From Pseudomonadales bacterium (GTDB lineage: Bacteria > Pseudomonadota > Gammaproteobacteria > Pseudomonadales > Azotimanducaceae): a stretch of 64,000 nt of DNA. The translations under genes and the position numbers were made by a program. The DNA lies in contig OZ254080.1 of the NCBI GenBank assembly GCA_965267485.1, positions 3,520,183 through 3,584,182 of the forward strand, read 5' to 3'. Below, one piece after another: positions 1-7,120 of this stretch; within the stretch, counting starts at the first letter, position 1, and every line of letters begins with the position of its first letter. The notes beneath the pieces were generated by a model, which did not search any database, was not told where the DNA came from, and was given only the letters and a program-made list of their open reading frames with translations.

Positions 1-298
1 GAATCTCGCGCTGACCGAGATGCAGAAAGTCGTCGACTGGACGCGCAAACAGGATCTCGGCCAGTTCCGCATACCGCTCGCGACCATGGTCATGGAAAAC
101 GACCCGACCATCAGTCCACGAGCCGCGGTGCGTGCCCACGAGAAGTGGGGCGGGACGCCGAAGTCACTGATTCCAATCGAGATCGACCCGACCGAGCCTT
201 CCCACGTATTTGTCGGGGATATTACGGCCCCACACCGCACAGACTGGGTGGTCGAACAGTTCGCCGGCTTCGTCGAGTCGATTCCGCCCCTGGACTGA
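1..298 (+). CDS. C-terminal fragment of an alpha/beta-hydrolase-like protein (5' end outside window)
   Basis: ORF is open to the window edge and stops with TGA at 296-298. A hairpin+T-run terminator lies downstream. Family call is weak recall only. Confidence 0.45.
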   Translation, partial: NLALTEMQKVVDWTRKQDLGQFRIPLATMVMENDPTISPRAAVRAHEKWGGTPKSLIPIEIDPTEPSHVFVGDITAPHRTDWVVEQFAGFVESIPPLD

Positions 299-426
299 AC
301 CAATCGCGTTCTCGCCCCGTACTAGAGGATGTGAATTGTGCGGCAGCCTGTTTCCCCTCTGTGCAGCTGTCCTGACACAAGCTCCCTCTACTCTCTTATC
401 TCCGACCAAGAAGAGAGTAATTGCTC

Positions 427-455
427 AAGGCCAGCCCCGCGCTGGCCTTTTTTTT
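427..455 (+). terminator. Rho-independent terminator
   Basis: GGCCAGC / GCTGGCC stem with a short loop, followed by an 8-nt T run. Lies downstream of the hydrolase-like ORF. Confidence 0.6.
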
Positions 456-466
456 GCTCAACCGCA

Positions 467-622
467 GGGTCAGACCCCAGTGCCACCCCTGGGTCAGACC
501 CCAGTGCCACCCCTGTGCCACCCCTGGGTCAGACCCCAGTGCCAGGCTGGGGTCTGACCCCCCTCTGGCACTGGGGTCTGACCCCGCTCTGGTGTCGGGG
601 TGTGACGGGGGTCACTGACGGG
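467..622. repeat. GGGTCAGACCCC/CAGTGCCACC repeat cluster (locus A of a 4-locus family)
   Basis: Three forward units start at 467, 491 and 526. Two inverted units lie at 549 and 574. A 14-bp perfect inverted repeat (526-539 / 547-560) has a 7-nt loop, and a degenerate tail runs to about 622. Confidence 0.8.
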
Positions 623-684
623 TCGCCTGTTTTTTGGATAATGCTTGGATTATATTTCCACAGGAACAGAGCAGGCTTCAGCCC

Positions 685-1383
685 ATGGCTTCAGTGACCT
701 ACGCAATCGTGTTCAGCGGCGACATTCTCGACGGGCACCAGGTGTTCTCCGTCAAGGCCCACATGTCGAAGATGCTGAAGGCCGATGCGGACAAGATGCA
801 GACGCTGTTTTCTGGCAAGCAGGTCGTCCTGAAGCGTACGCCCGACAAGGAGCAGGCGCTCAAGATTGGCTCGGCGCTGAAGAAGATCGGCGCAGACGTC
901 AAGATCAAGGCCATCAAGAGCGAAGCGCCAGCACCCCAGCCCGCCGAGACGGCGGCAGATTCCTCAGGGCTGTCACTGGCGCCGAACGAAGGTTTCATCG
1001 TGCCCCCGAAACCGGCTCCCCCGGCGCCGGAGGTCGATCTGTCGCAGTTTTCCCTCGCCGACATGGGCGATGAACCCCTCGCGCCGCGCGAGCCGACCCC
1101 GGCACCACCGATCGAGGTCAGCGATTTCGGCCTCTCGGAAAACGACGGTTCACCGCTTGTCGAACCCTCGAGCGCGCCGGTGCCCGAGGTGAACGCACCG
1201 GATTTCGGCCTCGATGAGCCGGGCGCGGTGCTGGAGACACTTCGTGAGGACAAGCCGCTGGTCAATCCTGACATCAGCAGCCTGTCGCTCGCCGAACCGG
1301 GCAGTGATCTGACCGACGAAAGTGCGCGCACCCCGCCACCGCCACGGGCGCCGGACGTCAGCAGTCTCTCGCTGGCCGACTGA
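685..1383 (+). CDS. Hypothetical protein: small N-terminal globular domain plus a Pro/acidic-rich tail with repeated short motifs
   Basis: Long ORF with coding-like composition. ATG at 685 (MASVTYAIVFSG) is preferred over the 634 start, but the start is uncertain. The antisense ORF 699..1445 is judged spurious. Confidence 0.55.
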   Translation: MASVTYAIVFSGDILDGHQVFSVKAHMSKMLKADADKMQTLFSGKQVVLKRTPDKEQALKIGSALKKIGADVKIKAIKSEAPAPQPAETAADSSGLSLAPNEGFIVPPKPAPPAPEVDLSQFSLADMGDEPLAPREPTPAPPIEVSDFGLSENDGSPLVEPSSAPVPEVNAPDFGLDEPGAVLETLREDKPLVNPDISSLSLAEPGSDLTDESARTPPPPRAPDVSSLSLAD

Positions 1384-1975
1384 GTTCGCGCCAGCGCCGC
1401 AAGTCCTCCGGTCGATCGACATCCCAGATCGTCGGCAGACAGCAATAGCGTAACGATGCCTGCTCGAAGCGCTCGACCGTTATCGCAGCAACACTTGCAG
1501 TACTCCAGGCCATGTCACTGAAAAGAGACAACCGCGGCCGGCGCAATCCAATCAGACCGTAGCCCCCGTCCTCCGCCGGGCCCAATACCGCATCGGCAGA
1601 CTCCAGCGATGACAGCGCAAGATCGAGATAGTCACGATCAATGGGCGGGCAATCCGTACCCACCAGCACGACGGCATCCGCCCGGCCGGACGCCCCGTCG
1701 ATTGCGCAATGCATTCGCTCGCCCAGATCAGCGCCTTGCTGCAGGTACCGCGGCACATCAAAGCGCTCAAAAAAGGGGTGATCAGTCGAAGGCGAGCACC
1801 ACAATTCGACCGGCGCGAGATTCGATGCAACAGCTTCACTGATCATTCGGGTCGCCAGCGCCTCATGAACTCGACAGGCCTCCGCCTCGCCGACACTGCT
1901 CGCCAGCCGCGTCTTTACCTGCCCCGGCTCGGGCGCCTTGCAAAAAACAACGATTCGGAACGATGGATAGCGCAC
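1358..1975 (-). CDS. DUF2064-family (TIGR04282-like, CofC-like nucleotidyltransferase fold) protein
   Basis: Motifs IVVFCKAPEPGQVKTRL, GTDCPPI and GPAEDGGYGLIG. GTG start at 1975-1973. Confidence 0.72.
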   Translation of the reverse strand: MRYPSFRIVVFCKAPEPGQVKTRLASSVGEAEACRVHEALATRMISEAVASNLAPVELWCSPSTDHPFFERFDVPRYLQQGADLGERMHCAIDGASGRADAVVLVGTDCPPIDRDYLDLALSSLESADAVLGPAEDGGYGLIGLRRPRLSLFSDMAWSTASVAAITVERFEQASLRYCCLPTIWDVDRPEDLRRWRELSRPARDC

Positions 1976-1978
1976 TAG

Positions 1979-2240
1979 TGTCCTGTCTCACAAATAAGTG
2001 TTACTTCAGAGACCGCAGGATGCGTCATAACAAGGCGTGCTCCGCCGCGAATATCGAGAATATTTGCAAGGAGCGCAACGCGGTTATGGTGCATCCTGTG
2101 GCCTCCCGAAGGGCGCATTCTACAAGGCTTCTGGACAGCGTTGCGTCCCTTGGCAATGTTCTCGACATTCCCGGCGGGCCGCGCCTTGCCAGAAGCCTTG
2201 TAGAACGCGCTGAAGTAGCACTTATTTGTGAGACAGGACA
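1979..2240. mobile_element. MITE (262 bp) with 31-bp terminal inverted repeats, flanked by direct CTAG
   Basis: IR-L 1979-2009 (TGTCCTGTCTCACAAATAAGTGTTACTTCAG) and IR-R 2210-2240 match at 30 of 31 positions. CTAG lies at 1975-1978 and 2241-2244. The interior is itself an imperfect long palindrome and has no transposase. Confidence 0.75.
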
Positions 2241-2915
2241 CTAGCGATATCGCTCGACCAGACGCTCAGGGTCTACGCCAACAAAATACATCAGGCGCAG
2301 CTGCCACATCAGCAGGATCGTTGGCCAGACGCCGCGATCTTCCCAACGACGTGAAGACGTCGCGACGCGCACCGCTGTGCAGTACGGCATCATGCGACGA
2401 CGCATGCGGCGACTGAACTCGATATCCTCCATCAGGGGCTGGATCGAGAGCCCACCGGTGCGCTCGAACGCAGCACGCGTGACGAAAATGGCCTGATCGC
2501 CGGTGCAGATACCGGTCAACCGGGAGCGCCAGTTCATCATGAACTCGATCACGCGAAACATACGGTGAACCCCCGAAAGTCTGACATCGAAGCGACCCCA
2601 TTCCCGCCCGGATGCTGCAAACCCTGCCATCGCATCTGCAAAGTCCGGCGGCAGACGGGTATCCGCGTGAAGAAAGACGATAAGGGGGCGGGTCGAGCAT
2701 CGTGCGCCTTCGTTCATCTGTCGGCCACGCCCACGCTCGCTTGAGACAACGTGGGCCCGATAGCGACGGGCAACAGCGACGGAATCATCATGACTGCCGC
2801 CGTCAACGACCACGACCTCCGGGCCTTCCGGAACGGTCGCAAGCGTCGTCTCGAGCGCAGGCGCATCATTCAGCACCGGGATGACGATCGAAATGTCGTC
2901 GAGAATGCCGGACAC
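2241..2915 (-). CDS. Family-2 glycosyltransferase (TIGR04283-like)
   Basis: Motifs SIVIPVLND, VVDGGSHDDS and FLHADTRLP. The proposed GTG start at 2915 overlaps the TAG of the upstream gene by 1 nt. The ORF-track ATG at 3029 would overlap that gene by more than 100 nt. Confidence 0.72.
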   Translation of the reverse strand: MSGILDDISIVIPVLNDAPALETTLATVPEGPEVVVVDGGSHDDSVAVARRYRAHVVSSERGRGRQMNEGARCSTRPLIVFLHADTRLPPDFADAMAGFAASGREWGRFDVRLSGVHRMFRVIEFMMNWRSRLTGICTGDQAIFVTRAAFERTGGLSIQPLMEDIEFSRRMRRRMMPYCTAVRVATSSRRWEDRGVWPTILLMWQLRLMYFVGVDPERLVERYR

Positions 2916-3316
2916 TACAGTCGGGCGTGCTCGATCTTTGTACAGCGATCCTGGACCACGAAGATGCCGGCTGCTTCGAGCCGCCGCGCCGCTTCGGCGT
3001 TCTCGATGCCAAGCTGCATCCAGAAACACTTCGCCCCGATACGGATGGCCGGCTCAACAAACGGAAGCACATTCTCGGATCGCTGGAAGACATCGACAAT
3101 ATCGACGGGTTCAGGAATCGATTCGAGGTCGGGATAACACGTCATGCCCGCAATCTCAGCGTGATTGGGGTTGACGGGAATGACCTTGTAGAACGGTGCG
3201 AGGTAGAGCGCGACTTCATGGCTCGCGCGATCCGGCTTGTCTGACATGCCGACCACGGCGATGGTTCGCGACGCTTTGAGTATCGTTGGAATGTCCATCC
3301 CGGGAAGATAGCACAA
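2915..3316 (-). CDS. CoA-binding domain protein (YccU/YneT-like)
   Basis: Motifs IAVVGMSDKPDRASHEV, IPVNP and DIVDVFQRSE. The start may instead be the internal MDIPTIL at 3298. Confidence 0.78.
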   Translation of the reverse strand: MCYLPGMDIPTILKASRTIAVVGMSDKPDRASHEVALYLAPFYKVIPVNPNHAEIAGMTCYPDLESIPEPVDIVDVFQRSENVLPFVEPAIRIGAKCFWMQLGIENAEAARRLEAAGIFVVQDRCTKIEHARL

Positions 3317-3339
3317 AGGGTCTGGTAAACTACGACCAT

Positions 3340-3416
3340 GCCCCGGTAGCTCAGTAGGATAGAGCGACCGCCTCCTAAGCGGTAGGTCTCAGGTTCGATT
3401 CCTGATCGGGGCGCCA
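3340..3416 (+). tRNA. tRNA-Arg (anticodon CCT)
   Basis: A cloverleaf can be folded by eye. It has a 7-bp acceptor stem, anticodon stem ACCGC/GCGGT, loop CTCCTAA, a TTCGATT T-loop and an encoded CCA. Confidence 0.9.
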
Positions 3417-3469
3417 CTCACCACGCTGCCCGACCGGGCAGCGCAGCAACAGCGCAAAGCACACGACCG

Positions 3470-4123
3470 CTAGAGTGCGGCGCAGATCGTGTATTCGTTG
3501 GATTCGTTGTACGGCGCGGCAAGCGCGACGTTGGTCGGGTTTGTGTTGGTGCCGGGCGTGCCGAGGGTTGCACGGATGCTGCCCGAGTTACCGAGGCCAT
3601 CATCATTCTGAAGGTCGAGAGCAGAAGCCGCTTTGCCGGGCACCTGGCTCATACACAGCTTGAGACCGTTGAGGCCGCCGCCCATGGGCTGCACCGTGAT
3701 GCCCATCAGGCCACCCCAGGGATTTCGCGGCAAGGACGCTGCGCCCTGATCAGCCGGGTTGCCCGAGATGTAGCCCGCCGCACGAAGGTGCTGCCAGAAG
3801 TTGTCGTGCTCGCCGCCACCGTTCCAGGTGTTATTCAGGTTTGCCACCAGCGCACCGTTGGCGTTGCCTGCCTGCGTCACAGCGGCCCAGTCGCCACCGC
3901 GGCCTGTCAGTGCAGCGAGGTTACCGTCGTCGCCCGGCAATGCCTGATAGCGATCCTGATAAGAGAGGTAGGCGGCCGACACGGCACTGATATCAGCGCT
4001 GGCCTTCTTGATGCGAGAGTTGTCGATGAGTTCTGTGCCCTGAAGAATGGCCCCCAACAACAATCCGATGATGACCAGCACCACCGCAATTTCGACCAAG
4101 GTAAAACCTGACTGACGCGCCAT
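3470..4123 (-). CDS. Prepilin-type (type IV pilin / pseudopilin) protein, probable major subunit
   Basis: N-terminus MARQSGFTLVEIAVVLVIIGLLLG shows a class III signal with the G|F cleavage site and Glu+5. An AAGGA RBS lies upstream of the ATG at 4123. Confidence 0.82.
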   Translation of the reverse strand: MARQSGFTLVEIAVVLVIIGLLLGAILQGTELIDNSRIKKASADISAVSAAYLSYQDRYQALPGDDGNLAALTGRGGDWAAVTQAGNANGALVANLNNTWNGGGEHDNFWQHLRAAGYISGNPADQGAASLPRNPWGGLMGITVQPMGGGLNGLKLCMSQVPGKAASALDLQNDDGLGNSGSIRATLGTPGTNTNPTNVALAAPYNESNEYTICAAL

Positions 4124-4242
4124 ATCACAATCCTTATGGGTGTTTTCCGCCCGCATAATTTAGAACGAATCGTTCACACACGCCACCCCGAAAGCCTCCG
4201 GTTGGTAAGCAAGTACTCACAAATGTAAACGAACGTAAACGG

Positions 4243-4944
4243 CTAGTTGGCGCGCCCGGCTCTCACCAGTTGATAAGCCAGGACGTTGGGCGAGATCCAG
4301 AGCACCCGGTCATCGAACTCACTGCCCGCCGCCTCCGACGCGTCACGGCTGACGAAGACCGTATCGCCATCAAGGTTTTCAAGCTGATCAGCGGACGTTG
4401 CTGCCGCCCCATCCTCGCCGGTCGAGAACACAACCGCGACCACATTGTCAGCCAGCACCGAGGCGCACGCCGAATCCTCGCAAGCCTGAAAATCCGGGAC
4501 GAGGCCGAGCGAAATCGCATTGGTGAACTCGCCGCCCGCTGCACCGGTGACGGAGTAGCGATAGGCATTCAGCCACGGGTCTACCGCAAGGCCGTTGCCG
4601 TTAACCTTCATCGAAAGCCCGAGCGTTCGCACCGGCACAAACCCGTGCTGCACATTACATGCGGTGGTTGCCGCGTTCGGCAGCGCGAGTCCGCCCGAGG
4701 CGGCGGTCGAAGGGCATGGCAGCCGGCCGTTGCGTGCGGCAAAGCCCAGCAGCGCATTATGGATTTCATCGAGCCGTGTATCGGCTTCCCGACGCTGATT
4801 GGTCTCGAACTGGGTCGTGAGTGGCACCAGCAACCCGCCGAGCAACACGCCAATGACCACCAGCACAACGGCAATCTCCACGAGCGTGAAGCCCGCCTGA
4901 TGACTGGCCTGATGACTGGAGTCAGAACGCATGGCAATCGTCAT
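4243..4944 (-). CDS. Prepilin-type N-terminal cleavage/methylation domain protein (minor pilin)
   Basis: Motif HQAGFTLVEIAVVLVVIGVLLGG. The start is at 4944 or 4932. Confidence 0.75.
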   Translation of the reverse strand: MTIAMRSDSSHQASHQAGFTLVEIAVVLVVIGVLLGGLLVPLTTQFETNQRREADTRLDEIHNALLGFAARNGRLPCPSTAASGGLALPNAATTACNVQHGFVPVRTLGLSMKVNGNGLAVDPWLNAYRYSVTGAAGGEFTNAISLGLVPDFQACEDSACASVLADNVVAVVFSTGEDGAAATSADQLENLDGDTVFVSRDASEAAGSEFDDRVLWISPNVLAYQLVRAGRAN

Positions 4945-6001
4945 TGAACGTCGATGAAAAGTCTGCGGGCATCATACTGGTAAACAGCGTATCCGGCGCA
5001 CTCGCGTTATCCAGTTCGAAGTACTGGGCGACATCGGCACTGGGCCGCGCCTGTCCGGCAAGCGATACGCCGGGCGCCACCACCACCGCAGACGCAGGTG
5101 ATGTCGCGGGCCCCGTGACCGTCAGGCAGTTGCCCTCGGCAACGAGGCACATACGATACAAAAGCTCCCCGCGCCAGTTCAGCGACAGCCAGGCCGGCGG
5201 TACCGGCGCCGTGCCGAACGGGCAGGCCGCGCCCCAGTCAAAAGGCAGTGCGCTGTCGAAAGCGATGGCACCGGACTGCTGGCTGGCAATGCTGTCGTAA
5301 GGCCCGCCGAACGCTGCTGCAAACGGGTACTCACCGCACGCCGTCCGGTAGGCAGCGAGCAATCGCTCTGATTCGCCCGTTGCCCGGCGCTGAACGAGCG
5401 TCCAGAGCGTCGACGTCGAGAGCCCCAGTGCCTGATCGTTCCCGCTTGCATCGGTAAACGACTGATAGTCCGCGAGATTCGCGTCGGCATTGATCCCTTC
5501 GAGAAAGCCGCCCGGCGCAAGTGACGTTCGGCTCTGACCATCGAATGGCGCACCTGGCGCAAGGATGACCGCTGCCATTGCGCGCCCGTCCAGCGTCAGA
5601 CTGGTAACGGTCGACGGATTCCGAAGCACCGCGGTGTCCACCAGGTTTGTCTCAACGGCGTAGAAGATGAATGCGCCGCTGGTATCCAGCGAACGATCCA
5701 GATTGAGCGTGCGCCAGGGCAGCAATCCAAGCTGACTGCCGCAGTCAGATCCAGCCGGGTCTTCAATCCCGTCGCCATCGACGTCCGGACACGGGAGTGT
5801 GCCCGGCACGGCATGCGCAAGCGCAAAACCCACCAGCGCCTGCTGCGCCCGCTCGAGCCGCCCGGCATCGCGCAGCTGTCGCGCCGTATCGCGATCGTTG
5901 ATCGACACCACGGCCACGAGCGTGGTGGTTGCCGCCGCCATGAACAGACCCAGCAGCACGAGAATCGCGATGCCGCGCTGTCGCGCCCGCGCCATCCGCA
6001 T
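4922..6001 (-). CDS. PilX/MshP-like pilus protein (non-canonical pilin-like N-terminus)
   Basis: N-terminus RQRGIAILVLLGLFMAAATT resembles PilX_N. The gene sits within the pilus operon and overlaps both neighbours. Confidence 0.5.
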   Translation of the reverse strand: MRMARARQRGIAILVLLGLFMAAATTTLVAVVSINDRDTARQLRDAGRLERAQQALVGFALAHAVPGTLPCPDVDGDGIEDPAGSDCGSQLGLLPWRTLNLDRSLDTSGAFIFYAVETNLVDTAVLRNPSTVTSLTLDGRAMAAVILAPGAPFDGQSRTSLAPGGFLEGINADANLADYQSFTDASGNDQALGLSTSTLWTLVQRRATGESERLLAAYRTACGEYPFAAAFGGPYDSIASQQSGAIAFDSALPFDWGAACPFGTAPVPPAWLSLNWRGELLYRMCLVAEGNCLTVTGPATSPASAVVVAPGVSLAGQARPSADVAQYFELDNASAPDTLFTSMMPADFSSTFNDDCHAF

Positions 6002-6531
6002 TAGCGGGACTCGGGCGGTAGCTCGGATTGTGACCCGGCTGGCGCGTCCGCCGCCGACAGCGATTCCGGCGCAGGACGCGGCTCCCAGGCCTCCAGCACC
6101 AGCCCGCGCCCGATGTACCAGATCTGCCCCGGTTTGAGCGTCGATTCCAGGCCATCAACGAGGAATCTCGCACCCTGATCACTTTCGCGATGGGGCAGAA
6201 ACGGCAGATCTCGATCGTTGGTCAGGTAGCTCTTGCCGTCGATCCAGTAGTGCGCGAAACCGTCGTTCTTCTTCAGCACGCCGGAGAACGTCAGCGTCTC
6301 GGGGGCGACGATGTCATCGTCGGGAAGATCGCGTGCGACCTCTTCCACCTGCTCTTCGATCGGTGTCGATTCGGCAAGCCGGTTGATCAGCCGCCGTTCG
6401 CGCTCATTCGTGAATACGCGATCGAAGGGGTAGCTTTCGGCGAGCGCTGCGCTCGAAAGGAGGCTGACGACAACGGCAAAGACGATACGCACGCGCCTAC
6501 CCCTCAGCCCAGCTGTCAGACACCGCGGCAA
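6001..6531 (-). CDS. Pilus-operon exported protein (possibly PilP/MshK-like)
   Basis: Signal-like N-terminus and operon position only. The start is uncertain. Confidence 0.4.
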   Translation of the reverse strand: MPRCLTAGLRGRRVRIVFAVVVSLLSSAALAESYPFDRVFTNERERRLINRLAESTPIEEQVEEVARDLPDDDIVAPETLTFSGVLKKNDGFAHYWIDGKSYLTNDRDLPFLPHRESDQGARFLVDGLESTLKPGQIWYIGRGLVLEAWEPRPAPESLSAADAPAGSQSELPPESR

Positions 6532-7120
6532 CCGTATACCAGGTCAGCTGGCACTCCCCGCGCAGTCGCGTCGTCCGGAATTCTTCCACCGACGCGTCGA
6601 GCCATCGAAACCCGCAGCTGTCGATGCTGTAGATGCCATTTGCCCGCGCCGCGACCTCCTCGAGAAACTCGTAGAGGCTGCCCTCGTGCCGCAGCTGCAT
6701 CGTCACCTTCATGCCCGTCGCACGGATCTTCAGCTCCGGATGCCAGAAGGGGTCGATGTACTGCTCCGTTACCCTGCTGCTTTCGAGCGTAAACTCCACG
6801 CCCGGCAGATCAAGTTCGCCCGCGACTTCACGGAACGACTCTGCCCACTGCAAACGCTGTGGTTCACCCACGTACCCGCGATCCATGTACTCGACATAGT
6901 CATCGATCGTCGTTCTGAGCGTGTCGACACTCGCCTCGGCGGAATCGTTGAGGTAGATCTGGGAGTCATGGCGCACGATGGCATCGTTCAGCGCCTGCCG
7001 GCTTTCGAAGAAATAGAGCCCGGCCATGACCATGAACACGATCGCAATCCCGAAGCGCGTCAGCGCAAACAGGTGTTGCCGCCAGGTGACCTGCCCGAGG
7101 AGTTCACGCATTGAGATCAC
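6497..7120 (-). CDS. Bitopic membrane protein of the pilus operon (possibly PilO/GspM-like)
   Basis: Single N-terminal TM segment (FGIAIVFMVMAGLYFF) and operon position. Confidence 0.42.
   Translation of the reverse strand: MISMRELLGQVTWRQHLFALTRFGIAIVFMVMAGLYFFESRQALNDAIVRHDSQIYLNDSAEASVDTLRTTIDDYVEYMDRGYVGEPQRLQWAESFREVAGELDLPGVEFTLESSRVTEQYIDPFWHPELKIRATGMKVTMQLRHEGSLYEFLEEVAARANGIYSIDSCGFRWLDASVEEFRTTRLRGECQLTWYTVAAVSDSWAEG

Noticed and set aside
338-697. ORFs encoding GSDP/PSAT-type repeats (also 421..618, 24646..24870, 24678..24911, 49116..49331)
   Set aside because: The peptide repeats are just translations of the GGGTCTGACCC tandem DNA repeats. They appear in several frames and on both strands, so they are non-coding repeat arrays.
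1963-2244. Two mirror-image ORFs (93 aa plus strand, 88 aa minus strand) with similar peptides (LTNKCYF...)
   Set aside because: Both are artefacts of the palindromic MITE. The same sequence reads similarly on both strands, and there is no RBS or coding signal.
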